DNA from: Okamejei kenojei
Lineage: Eukaryota
DNA length: 64,000 nucleotides
Direction of reading: 5' to 3'
Assembly (NCBI GenBank): GCA_035221665.1
Contig: CM069134.1
Span: 104,842,001 to 104,906,000, forward strand
This document shows positions 1 to 11,752 of this stretch, in pieces. The translations under genes and the position numbers were made by a program. The notes under the pieces were generated by a model, which worked only from the letters and a program-made list of their open reading frames with translations, did not search any database and was not told the DNA's origin. How positions within the stretch are numbered: position 1 is the first letter of the stretch; each line of letters starts with the position of its first letter.

Positions 1-1328
1 ATCTGGGCATTAACCAAGGGCACACTGAGGTTGATGCAGTTCTCGGGCGGTTTTATTTTCTCCAAGGTATCATTGAGAACCTGACTCTGAAGTTGGTGCG
101 TAGTCAGGTAATCAATGGTGCCCGCCAATTTATGGTGCAGAGGTTCACCTGTCTGGGTGGTAGCGGCAAACTTACTCACCACTTCCAGCATATCCTCCTT
201 AAGTTCTGGCTCAGCGGTCATTGGCTGTCCCGGGTCATCTTCAAACGCAGTAGCTGGGCAATCACTCATGCTTCTGGCTGGAGACGATGAGATGCTGAAT
301 GGGGTCCTCGCACGGCTAGTGGATGCCCGCGAGTCCCGCTCTTCTCGTTCCCGGTCCCGCTGGAGGAGTTGCTCCACTAAGAGGTCCAACCGCTCAATGC
401 GACCGTCCCTGCTATCTGCAGCGGACAAGCCAACTTCCCCAGGCCCTGCGAATTCACTGGGGCTTCACCATCGGACCACACCCCCTTAGGGTGCTGTCTA
501 GGGTCCAATAGCAGGTTGTCGTGACCTACAGCCCAAATAGGATCATACGACTCCCGCATGGACTCTCCGCTAGCCTGTCTTCTCCCAGACTGTGGCGGCC
601 TACCTGTCTGATATGAAGGCAGGTGCGTTGAATTGGTGCCGGCCCCCGGAGTCCGTGCAGGCTTACCTCCACACTTGCCCATCTTTTGATGTGGAGGCGC
701 ATGGTCGGCCACTCCCAGAGCTGAGCTGACCGACCGCTTCCTGCTGCCACATCCGCCCTTGACCGCAGCCTGACGGGGTGTGTTGTCGGCGGTATCTGCT
801 CCAGCAGGCCTATTCGACGCAGCAGTGGTGTTGCCAGACTGCACTACGGCAGATCTCCCTGGCAGCGGTACGTTATGCACTTTTGCAGGGCTCCCTGTCG
901 TGCAGCTGTCCCCCGGCCCAGCCCCCTCGGGTCTTCTGGAGCTCGGGGAGGGGTTGCTTGTGGAAAGCGAGACCCCTTGCCACGTACCTGTTTTCCCCCT
1001 CTTTTCTTGGGGGAAGGGGGCACGAAGTCTGGATCCGTATCCAGCTCCGGCGCGGTAAACCACTCGGGTGAGTCGGTCCCTGAATCAGCGGGAGCGCCCG
1101 ACTTCCGCAATCCAGCCCCCACATGCCTCGAAGCTGCCGGTATTGCTTGCAGCTCCGGGGACAAGGGCCTTTGGCTGGTCGAGGCTCGGCTCCTCGACAG
1201 CGTCGCCTTCTTCTTGCCCTTGTCCATCCTGTGGAGTAAAAGCAATACTTACCTACCGGCCTTATGAAGGAGCAGGAGGAGAGAGCGCACTCCCATCCCC
1301 CAGCACTCACGTGACTCCGAAGTAAAAT
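1..1328 (-). mobile_element. 5' part (terminus + gag) of a DIRS1-like retrotransposon, second family; runs off window start
   Basis: 1304-1328 CACTCACGTGACTCCGAAGTAAAAT is identical to the terminus of the DIRS at 33956-33980. Minus-strand translation of ~1-150 (TGEPLHHKLAGTIDYLTTHQLQSQVLNDTLEKIKPPENCINLSVPLVNAQI) aligns with that element's gag (TGEPMEDYLATNINYLVSHRLQQSVMQETSNKYKTPVNCASLKVPMVNPAI). Likely gag ATG at 1227 (MDKGKKK). Confidence 0.88.
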
Positions 1329-1589
1329 CACAAAATAAAAGCTTTGGGCCAGTAGCAGAGATGAACTGCCCCTTATCTCCATTTAGTAGATGAGGAAGTG
1401 GACAATTTATTGCTTACAGTGACTATAAAGAAGCTTTCCTCTCTGCTAGAATCTTCGAAGAAGCAACAGTGTTCCTTAGGCAGCAGTGGATAATCACCAA
1501 TTTATAGTGTTCACAGTGGATGCAGCATTCGGAAACAAATGAAGGAGAAGAATGGATACTTTAAGATGCACAAGAGGATGGCTGGCTGC

Positions 1590-2035
1590 ACATTCTTTCA
1601 GAGAAGATTCATTAGGATATCACATGGGATGGAGTGTTTCAATTAAGAGAAGAGACTGAATAGGCCTAGCTTGTTTTCATTGGAGCAAAGGGGAGCTGAG
1701 GCGACTTACTGAGAAGTTGACTGAGAAGGTTTACAATATTATGAGAGCCATAGGTAAAATGGATAATAAACATAGATGTACCTAAAAGAGAGGGCATAGG
1801 TTTAAAGCAATAGGTAGCAGGTAAACTGGGGATCTGATGGCAATTGCTTCACCTAGAGGATGTTTGGGGATGTGGTGGAAGTGGAGACTCTCACAACATT
1901 TAAAAAGTATTTAGACAAGCCCTTGATTCATCAAGGTTTAGAAGGCTGTGGGCTAAGTGTCAGAAAATGGTCTTGGTATTAACAGGAACTTAATGGTCAG
2001 TGGAGACACAGTTGGCCGAAGGGTCTTTTTCATTT
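1590..2035 (+). mobile_element. Degraded CR1 LINE 3' fragment
   Basis: Decayed match to the CR1 ORF2 C-terminus/3'UTR (agaagattcattaggat, gggcataggtttaaag, ttggccgaagggtc); approximate limits. Confidence 0.65.
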
Positions 2036-3190
2036 TTGTATGATTCTCCAGAGATGCTGCTTGTCCCATTGAATTACTCCAGCTTTTTGTGTGTATCATT
2101 TGGACTACTAGGCTATTGGCACAACCACTGTACTCACATACCATGTTTTATTAACTGTGCCTTGAACTTCATCCCTAGTCGGTTCTAATAAATATGCCAT
2201 GCAGTGGTACTTGCACATTGGCCACCAACTCCAAAATAGAGCAGCATAAAACTACTGTAAAACATGTTTTGTGATAATAATTGGGGACAGCTAGACATCA
2301 GCTGCTTTGTATGAACCCACATCCAGCTTGCAATACAGAAGAGAACATCCACAGCCAAAACTTCAAACATTTCTACATATTGTGAAAAACACTTTGGGTA
2401 AATTGCCTGATTTTGTGCTTCGTGTAGGGCAGATTCCACAGAATGAGTACTGATATGAGTAATTAACCCTCTTGCATCATTTCTTGGTACCTTGTCATAT
2501 AGTCCATATGCTGCTGTCTTAAATTATTTAAAGCAGAGGATGTGTTTTCTCAGGTAGAACTGTTGCATTTGTCTCATGCAAAGTGACATTGACATTTAAT
2601 TTTTGCAAATGTCTGAGTGAAAAGGAAGACCCAAAAATGAGCAGTTCAGTGGCAGAAAACCATAGTCTTCTGCAGTGCCATTTCTTGGAATGAGAAAGAT
2701 CGAGATTGTGGTTACTGATGGTAATACCACATATCGGTACATAAATTCTTCATACTTTATACCTGGGCGAACAAATTTTCTGTGCAAAACATTGAGGCAC
2801 ATAGACTCAAGCAGAATTTATTTCTCATTTATTCAAATTATAGAGAAGAACCTGAAGAAACAAGTTAAAAAAATTTTAAATGGACACTGGAATTTTACGA
2901 TAACTGAGTGCTCTTCTTTGAGTTCTCTGTGTCAGTTATGAGTCTTTTGTATTCATCGTCAGTAGGGATGAATTGCACTGATATTCAGAAGACAATGGGC
3001 ACAAATTATTTTATTTATAGGAGAAGATAATATTCTCCTAATTCATAAGAGTTGGTTAAAATAAAAACCATGAGACATGATTCAATATAATTCACACCAA
3101 TTCATCAATGGCAGTAAAACGACAACGGCTGACTGGAAACATTGAAACCGTGCATCAAGTTATGTTCTTCATGTGAAAATATATAACTTA

Positions 3191-4200
3191 CTAAACTGAG
3201 TGGGACACGTTGGGTCCCTTGTTCACACGGGAGGGCTGGTCCCCTAACGCAATATTCCACCTCTCCACCAATTCCAATATTGGTGGCCAGTGGGGCGGGG
3301 TGAGGGGGGGGTGGGGGGGGGGGGGAGGTGGCTTTCTGAAGCGCCAGTATGGGTGTTGTGGGCTGAAGCGACTGGTTTCCAGAGGGCTAGTATAGACATT
3401 GTGGGCCAAATGGATTCTTGAGGTGGCAACTCAGTCACTCAAGCCTGATGTGCTGGTAGCTCACTCATGGCTGGTGGGCTGGCAATTGGCTCATGGCTAT
3501 TCCTTGAAATTCCTTCAAGCAGGGTGCAAGGCCACCAACTTCAAATGCAGTTTCCCACCATTTCAAGCAGGGTGCAAGGCCACCAAATTCAAGTGCAGTT
3601 TCATACCACTTCAAGCAGGGTGCAAGGCCATCAAAATCAGGTGCAGTTTCCTACCACTTCAAGCAGGGTGCAAGGCCACCGAATTCAAGTGCAGTTTCCT
3701 ACTACTTCAAGTAGGGTGCAAGGCCACCGAATTCAAGTGCAGTTTCCACCACCAACCATTTGCTGTGCTTCATTTCAAACCAACCGCCACCAACCATTTG
3801 CTATGCTTTTTCAAACCAACCACATTAAGGGCACTCAAGGTCAGTAAAACCACACTCACAGTTTAGTAGACATGTGTTCAGTGTTATTCACAGCTCAGAC
3901 TGAGAGACGTGACCCTCTCGCTCCCCCATCTTTCAGAGACTGACTGAGGCACTCAACACTTCCGGGTTTTATAGTCCCTCTGGAAGGGGCGTGGCCTTCA
4001 GGAGAGAGAATCTCAACATTTTTTAAACACTAACAACTCTTTTACTTTTCATCGGTGTGAAAAATCCTCTTGTCCTGCGCAGCGGAGGGGGACTCTGAGT
4101 AAGATGGCCAAAAATCACAGCTGTAAGTGCCAGCATTTATTCTAAAATCAATATACAGAACAACAGGAAGTGGTCAAGATCAGACTTTTAGTAATATAGA
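3191..4200 (-). mobile_element. Non-autonomous Helitron
   Basis: Minus strand starts A|TCTATATTACTAAAAG and ends with hairpin GGGACCCAACGTGTCCC then ACTCAGTTTAG|T (CTAG-like end, A|T target). Both ends are homologous to 54671-55784. Confidence 0.8.
3514..3753. repeat. 48-bp minisatellite, 5 units, inside Helitron
   Basis: TTCAAG(C/T)AGGGTGCAAGGCC recurs at 3514, 3562, 3610, 3658 and 3706 (exact 48-bp period). Confidence 0.95.
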
Positions 4201-4879
4201 TTGCACCAAACATTCCCATCACAATTGTTTCAGTTTAATCAAATGTTGAACCCACTCAAAGCTTCTTTGTAAAGTTATGATTCATTGGCACAATTGCTTT
4301 GCAAAACAAAAATAAATTATAAAGGAAACATCTAAGTGGAAGCAAATAAGATAGAAGATAATATTTCCATCATTTTAACATTTACATTTACTTTCTCACT
4401 ACAGGTCTACTACTGATTTTCCAGCAATTGGTGGTCTGACATCCCCTTTAATCCAGACAAAATTATGAGAGCACACTTGAAATTCTCCCCAGATGTCTCC
4501 CCAAAACTGTGGCGCCTCGACTTCATCGTGACTACTGCCAGTGGATTAGTTCCCCTCACCGACTTCCAAGGCCGACTTTCCTGGCCGTTATCTCAGCCTT
4601 GGTGGACTATTCCAGAATGCCCGTATCGAACAGCACGGGCATATATGTGTAAATAGGACTAGCTTGGTTGGGGCATTTTTGTTGGCGTGGATGAGTTAGG
4701 ATGAAAGGCCTTAATCCTTCATGTCTGACACTGTGAATATGAAAATAAAAATGTCTCATTTGGTGCATTGTGCAAATGTATATCGAGGATTCCAGATTTC
4801 AATCCTAAAATGTCAGAACTTGTGGAGAGATGCATGGCTAAGAAATCAAGGATGCAGATTAGAAACAGACTCTTCAGCC

Positions 4880-5185
4880 TACTGTATCCACACTGACCAA
4901 CAACAATGCAACTGTGACAATCCTATTATATTTATTCTCCCTACATTCACGTCAATTCTCTCCAGATTCCACCGTTCACCTATATGCTTGAGGCGATTTA
5001 CAGTGACCAATTACCCATTCAACAAGCATATCTTTGAAATGTGGGAGGAAACTGGAGCACCCAAGTAAATCCGAGGGGTCACATGGAGAATGTGCAAATT
5101 CCACCCAAACAACACAAAAGATCAGGGCTCAACCTGGATCTCTAATGCTGTGAAGTAGCAGCTTAACTATCTCCGTCACTATACG
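4880..5185 (-). mobile_element. Degraded V-SINE/HE1-like tRNA-derived SINE
   Basis: gtgggaggaaactggagcaccc...ggtcacatggagaatgtgcaaattcc resembles the reverse of the V-SINE core; similar relics near 35900, 46150-46620 and 63300-63480. Confidence 0.6.
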
Positions 5186-6484
5186 CACCTGTAAGTCTTT
5201 CAGAGATTTATTTGATGATCAAGTTTGATCAAATGCAGATAATTTCACATGTTCTTGCAAGCAAAATTATGACATCAATGAAAATAGCATGAAGGAATGC
5301 TGAATAATCTCAGCCCATGCAAGGAACCAGCAGGTAGCCTACAGTCAAAGAGCACTAACAAAGGCCAGAACTCCAAATGTGTATGTGAGTGTTGAGTAAG
5401 GTTGTGGGGTAGCGGGGAGATATAATCTGAGCAGTCTCTACCTTCCCTGAGATGTTACCTCAGTTTCAGGGGAAAGAGATGCCATGGGTCTTTCAAATTA
5501 AGTCGGCATGAGCAGAAACGGGAAACTCCAGCAGGGGTCAGCATTGCATAGCATCAACGGGAAAGGTGACGTGACTGTAACTGCATCCTTTGCTTTCCAG
5601 TGCATGATTTATAAGCCATGAAGATGTTGACCTGATAACATGCCAAGTAACAAAATAAGATCTAAATCACTACCTGCAGTTTTTCTTTCGGAAGTGTTTA
5701 TACCACACATTTGGGAGGTGCCTCCTATCTAAAATCATGAAGATTGGATTGAAATTTCAATTTTAAATGGGAACTAAATTAACAAATAAATCACAAAGTG
5801 AGCCCAGTGACTTTGCTGTGAAATATCGCTTTTCATTTCTGTTGCTAATTATCCAGTGGACTGTGTAGATGTTATGAAATAAAAGATAACACAAATTACA
5901 TTGTCTGACCATATGGTTTGAAAAATTGAATGTTTGGATTTTGTAGGTTTTCTTTAATGTAGTAGAAACCACAAACAATCTCTTATGATGGCTGTTTAAA
6001 TAGATGAAAAATCATGAAAAAGAGGGTTCAACCTAGCCTGCTTTGAATATTCGAATTGTAATTTCATCCCCCTGTCACCTAGAAACGGATTAATTCTTAG
6101 TGACATCCTTTATATGACCCATGTTAATGACAGGCTTCCATTATCTCCTTAACACACAGATTCTCATTGTATTGCATTTTGTTCAAAATACTTCTGCAGA
6201 ATCAGGTACTACATCAGATTTTTTCCAGGTGCTCTAAAAATCAAAAATCCTTATAAAATCCAGACAGATGAAGCCGTGATGCTAAAGCTTCTACTGAGTA
6301 GCAACATATACTGTAATCTGTGCCTCAGTAAAACAAATCCTGTCTTTGATTCAATTTAATTTATGGACTCAAGATCAACTCATGATATTTGAACACAAAA
6401 GTCCGTACAGTAAATGAATCACACTGTTTAGGATACACTGTGTCAGGCAATCAGATTGTTTTAATAAATAGGAGTTTAGAAAAC

Positions 6485-7050
6485 ACTTTCAGAAAGCTTT
6501 TGATAAGATCCGACAAGAGGATTGCATGCAAAATTAAAGCACATGGGATTGATGCTGAGGTGCTGATATGGATAGAGAAATAGAAGGCTGACAAGAAACA
6601 AATAGGAGGAATAAGTGGATCAATTTGTGAGTATTAAGCATCTGGGGAACCACAGGGATTGTGTCGGAACTGAACTAAACATGTTCTATATTTATGAATC
6701 AGATGAGGAATTTGTGATTTGGTTTGAATAGCTGAGGGAGTGGACAGCTATATGATAGATGCAAAATGATATGAATATAGGCTAGATTATTCACTTTGGC
6801 GGCAAGAACTAGGAAGTAAGGTTGTTATCTGAGTGTTGATAATTTTGAAAATGGGAGATATGGTGAGACCTATGAGTTCTTCTGCCTCAGTCGCTGAATT
6901 TAAAAGCAGGATCACAAACTAAGGATGAGTAAGTCTGAGATGAGGATGGAGTAGAAAACGCATTGAATTTAGAAAGTTGGCTGAGTATTGAATCTGGACA
7001 ATCAGATCACAAATGGCAGAATAGTTTTGAACTAAGTTCTATTTGTAACT
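6485..7050 (+). mobile_element. Degraded CR1 RT fragment
   Basis: Translates to ...KIKAHGIDAEVLIWIEK, matching KLKAHGIGGSVLMWIEN of the CR1 at 15402. Confidence 0.75.
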
Positions 7051-7606
7051 TGCTTGACAATTGACATCATGGCTGCATGTTTTGTGTAATTTGGGTGCAT
7101 ACCATCCATATGTAAAAACACGGCTGAATGAGCAGTAGGAATGTCGGAAGCATTAAAGTTGCTTGCAGCTCGGTGGCTGCTAGTTGCTTCTCCCATACAT
7201 GTACAATGACTTAATGGGAATGGTAATTAAAAAGTTACTCCAGTTATGTTGCTCCCTTGAATTCAGGTACCGTTCAACATTTTCTTTTAAATACTAATTT
7301 TCCACATTTAATAACAAAGGCAACTGTTCTCAACAGAACATTAAATAAAACAGTGGATTAGAAATTCCATCAAGTGTTGCAATGTTTAAGCAGATAACTT
7401 GAGAAACTCTTAAGAAAAAAGTATATTGGCAATTGTAATCAGGGACTGACTATGGTTTGTGACGTATGCAATATTTCTTTGGACAACTCTGTAATGCCAA
7501 CACGTGGTATGATGCCACCAAAAGTGTGCAATTGGATGTGTGCAATTGAATCCATATCCTGAGTAACTTGGTTTGTCAGAAACGTGGTTTGAGCCAAATA
7601 GACTAA

Positions 7607-7876
7607 TGCCCCTGTCCCACTTAGGAAACCTGAACGGAAACCTCTGGAGACTTTGCGCCCCACCCAAGTTGTCCCCAGAGGTTTATGTCAGTCTCCCTAA
7701 TGGTCGAAAGTGGTTTCCGTTTTAAAAATCGGCAATTTTTTAGTTGAAGCCGGTTGCGATGCTAGTTGAAGGTGGTTGCCGGAGAACAAAAACCTCCGGG
7801 AACCGCACGGAAACCTTGAGTGGGGCGCAAAGTCTCCAGAGGTTTCCGTTCAGGTTTCCTAAGTGGGACAGGGGCA
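7607..7876. mobile_element. PIF/Harbinger-type MITE
   Basis: 62-bp TIRs (7607-7668 / 7815-7876, one mismatch) starting TGCCCCTGTCCCACTTAGG; TAA on both sides (7604-7606, 7877-7879). Confidence 0.92.
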
Positions 7877-8160
7877 TAACACGTGTCCTCCCATGGAATT
7901 GACAACTCATTGACATAACCTAGACTGACAATTCCTTCTATTTGTTTATTTACAAAGATCTACTGAATGCTTAGAGAGACATGGAAGATTTCCCCAGAAA
8001 TGTCACTGGAACAATGCAGATGGTCACCCTCCCTGGCTTGAGAGTGTAATGAGCTGCCTGGGTTCTCCAATTCCCTGTTTTGGTTTAGCTGGGACCCCTC
8101 GACTCTAGACCACATCACAGGTTTAATCCAAAGATAAAAGACCAAATAGCAGATTTACAG

Positions 8161-8247
8161 CAGAACCACCCAAAACATCACCCATTCTTTCTCTCTGGAG
8201 ATGTTGCCTGTCTTGTTGAGATACTCCAGCTTTTTGTGTCAATCTTC
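8161..8247 (+). mobile_element. Short Penelope 3'-terminal fragment
   Basis: Matches the Penelope terminal motif (cccattc..ctggagatgttgcctg..actccagctttttgtgtc); flanked by AGCAGA(T/A)TTACAG at 8148-8160 and 8248-8260. Confidence 0.75.
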
Positions 8248-8298
8248 AGCAGAATTACAGAGATGAGGTGAGAGTGACTATTACATTTTACAGGGCAC

Positions 8299-8400
8299 AC
8301 AAAAAGCTGGAGAAACTCAGCGGGTGCAGCAGCATCTAAGGAGCGAAGGAGATAGGCGACGTTTCGGGTCGAGACCCTTCTTCAGACGCTTTAGGACCTC
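8299..8400 (-). mobile_element. ~100-bp Penelope terminal mini-element with hammerhead core
   Basis: Near-identical to the reverse complement of 13132-13222; 16-bp direct repeat ACATTTTACAGGGCAC at 8283-8298 and 8401-8416. Confidence 0.9.
8358..8385 (-). ncRNA. Minimal hammerhead ribozyme motif (Penelope-associated type)
   Basis: Minus strand CUGAAGA-A-GGGU(CUCG)ACCC-GAAA-CGUC: conserved core, stem II, GUC triplet, palindromic ACGU in place of stem III. Confidence 0.7.
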
Positions 8401-9349
8401 ACATTTTACAGGGCACCTTGATATGACACTTTGATAAATGCTGCCGTTTTGTCTAAAAAAACATGCTTTATCGGCCAAGCATTTAATGAACTTGGACACC
8501 CATTCCCCAACTTTCTTTAAATACACCCTTATAATTTTCTAATTGTTTCAATTAGCAGATCATCAGTTGAATGGATCAGATGTTTTCTTCAAATGAACTG
8601 CACTCCCAACAGTTTTCATCCCTTCTGCTTCTGAGAAAAGAGAATGGAAGGGGTTGGTTAGGCTGCAATTGGCTTTATCCTCTATTTTACAGAATGTGCA
8701 AAGCAATATAGATTTATTCATTTGTTCTGCAGCAATTTCTGACAATCTAGACAGTTTTTACCCAGCAGTAGATAACGGAAAGACATCCTGCAGTGTTTCA
8801 TAAACACAGTTCCATGGCAGGAAGAAGCTATCGCAAATTGAGCTATAATTCAATGAAGGGAAAAAGATTTTGCCTGGTTTGCACAAAACCTACTTAATTT
8901 CCCAAGAAAGCAGAGGTTTGTTTTTTTTTTGGTTCGAGAGAAGGCTGAGAAATTTTATTAACTCCCTCATTTGTGCTTTCATCATGTATTTGAGCTTCTG
9001 CTGAGCCAGAGAAAGTGCAGCAAATAATTAATTACCTTAACTGATTGCTGAATGAGAGTCATATTGGTTATGAAAATGCCAAAATCAGCACCGCATTCAC
9101 ACAGGAACTGGCATAGAGTGACACGGGCACTGAGAGCATGAGAAATCACACAGAGCCTATCATGCACTGTGAATGCTGTAGGCAATTAACCCCTACTTCT
9201 TGGTAGCATTGGCAGCAGCACGCGATAAAGCTATACTCCTACTTATTAAAGTGTCTGCAGCCAGCTCACCTGTGCTTTTCCCTGTGCAGAGTTTTGCTGT
9301 TCCCACTTCAGTGCAGCAGCAAGAAGTGAGCTGAACAATACTCTGCAGA

Positions 9350-9484
9350 GTGTTAACGAAGAAACTGCAGATGCTGGAGAATCGAGGGTTACACAAAAAG
9401 CTGGAGAAACTCAGCGGGTGCAGCAGCATCTAAGGAGCGAAGGAGATAGGCGACGTTTCGGGTCGAGACCCTTCTTCAGACTGA
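9350..9484 (-). mobile_element. Penelope terminal fragment with intact hammerhead core at 9452-9479
   Basis: Reverse complement of ~13131-13262; core gacgtttcgggtcgagacccttcttcag identical to 8358-8385. Confidence 0.88.
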
Positions 9485-10626
9485 GGATTCCTTGCATGCA
9501 AGGAATGGAAATGAGGGAGGAATTTCACTATCCATCATATAAAAGGAAGCCATCTGACACACAGACAGTGGGAGGAGTTGCAAAATAGTTGAAACCTAGG
9601 AGCAATGTCCTAGACGGAATTTGGTAATTTACCAGGTTGTCAAATTAAGAAGGTTGTTCAATTTACTTATTTTCACTGTCACAACTGTCACAAGAGTTCC
9701 CCTCCTCCACTGACCTATTTTTGGTACAACAGATTCCTTGTGATATTATTTACCTTGGCCTCATGCACTTAGAGGGCACAAGGAAATGTCACACTTGCAA
9801 TTGGCATCAAACTTGCAGTGGCAGCTATTGAACCATGACAGCCACATTATCAACATATCTCTCAAGGCTGTCGATATCACAGTTCCTGCTGTCGCACAGG
9901 AGAAAGTGGCGAATAAGACCTGCTAGCAATTCAAGAGCCTTTCACTTTCCAAGTTGCAGCCACTACAGAAAATCTCAAGGATAATAAAAATGCACTTCTA
10001 TGTAGGGTCTTTCACAACCACAAGACATTCAAAATTGTCTTGCACCCAATGAAATGAAATTGAAATGTATTTTCTATTTCAGTATACATGTGGTAGTAAT
10101 TCTGTCAGATGAGAGCTCAATACATCAGAATACATCAACACAGAGAAGTTTTCAAAGTGGAAGTACTGAAACAAAATAGACAATGGGTTATAAAAGAGAA
10201 TATGGAAAAATGTCAAAAATATGCCTGACAATTATGTTACTAGCAAAGGGATAACAAAATAAACAAAAATGTAAAACAGAGTGTAGAAACTAGGAATTGC
10301 AGAGGGTACTCAAAAGGCTGGAGAAACTCAGCGGGTGCAGCAGCATCTAAGGAGCAAAGGAGATAGGCGGTTCGAGTCGAGACCGTTCTTCAGACTGGTC
10401 AGGGATCAGGGAAACGAGAGATATAGACGGTGATGTGGAGAGATAAAGAACAATGAATGAAAGATATGCAAAAAAGTATCGATGATAAAGGGAACAAGCA
10501 TTTGTAAGCTGTTTGTGGTGTGAAAATGAGCTGGTGCGACTAGGGTGGGGGAGGGAGATAGAGAGAGTGGGAATGCCAGGGCCCGAGGGCTGAGGGAGAG
10601 GTGGGAAGGGGAGGAGACAGCAAGGG

Positions 10627-11367
10627 TTAACAGAATTGAGAAAATTCAATGTTCAAGCCCAAAGGATGCAGACTCCCCAAGCGGAATATGAGGTGCTGTT
10701 CCTCCAACTTGCGGTGTTGCTCACTCTGGCCCTGGAGGAGGACCAGGACCGAGTGGTCGGATACGGAATGGGAGGGGGAGTTGAAGTGTTGAGCCACCGG
10801 GAGGTCGGGTTGGTTAATGCGGACCGAGCGGAGGTGTTCGGCGAAACGATCGCCAAGCCTCCGCTTGGTCTCACCGATATAGATCATCTGGCATCTGGAG
10901 CAGCGGATGCAGTAGATGAGGTTGGAGGAGGTGCAGGTGAAGCTCTGTCGGACCTGGAAGGACTGCTTGGGTCCCTGAAAGGAGTGGAGGGGGGAGGTGA
11001 AGGGACAAGTGTAGCATTTCTTGCGGTTGCAAGGGAAAGTGCCCGGGGAAGGGGTAGAGCGGGAGGGAAGGGAAGAATTGACAAGGGAGTTGCGGAGGGA
11101 GCGGTCTTTGCGGAAGGAAGTCAGGGGGGGAGATGGGAAGATGTGGCGAGTGGAGGGGTCACGTTGGAGATGGTGAAACTGGTGGAGGACTATGTGTTGT
11201 ATTTGCCGGCTGGTGGGGTGAAAGGTGAGGACCAGGGGGACTCTGCCCTGTTTGCGAATGGGGGAATGGGGAGAGAGGGCAGTGTTGCGGGGTATGGAGG
11301 AGACCCTGGTGCGAGCCTCATCTATAGTGGGGGAAAGGGATTCCCGTTCTCTGAAGAATGATGCCAT
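10627..11367 (-). pseudogene. Penelope C-terminal region with GIY-YIG endonuclease
   Basis: NLIYCIRCSRCQMIYIGETKRRLGDRFAEH motif, preceded by CNRKKCYTC; separated from the RT by a CR1 insertion. Confidence 0.92.
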
Positions 11368-11383
11368 TTGTGATGACCTTGTG

Positions 11384-11752
11384 AAGGGGTTGGACAGGCT
11401 AGATGCAGGAAGATTGTTCCCGATGTTGGGGAAGTCCAGGACAAGGGGTCACAGTTTAAGGATAAGGGGGAAGTCTTTTAGGACCGAAATGAGAAAATCG
11501 TTTTTCACACAGAGAGTGGTGAATCTGTGGAATTCTCTGCCACAGAAGGTAGTTGAGGCCAGTTCGTTGGCCATATTTAAGAGGGAGTTGGATGTGGCCC
11601 TTGTGGCTGAAGGGATCAGGGGGTATGGAGTGAAGGCAGGTACAGGATACTGAGTTGGATGATCAGCCATGATCATATTGAATGGCGGTGCAGGCTCGAA
11701 GGGCCGAATGGCCTGCTCCTGCACCTAATTTCTATGTTTCTATGTTTCTATG
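11384..11752 (+). mobile_element. CR1 3' fragment inserted in Penelope
   Basis: KGLDRLDAGRLFP...FFTQRVVNLWNSLP, CR1 3'UTR, (TTCTATGT)n tail. Confidence 0.93.

Noticed and set aside
2185-2941. Short ORFs as host exons
   Set aside because: No recognisable domain and no convincing paired splice sites
3399-3866. Cys-rich 155-aa repeat ORF, or CRISPR-like array
   Set aside because: Contiguous 48-bp tandem units with no unique spacers, inside a Helitron; the ORF is a by-product of unit length
10636-11361. 241-aa plus-strand ORF
   Set aside because: Antisense shadow of the Penelope ORF
11225-11653. 142-aa ORF as a novel fusion gene
   Set aside because: Chance read-through from antisense Penelope into an inserted CR1 fragment
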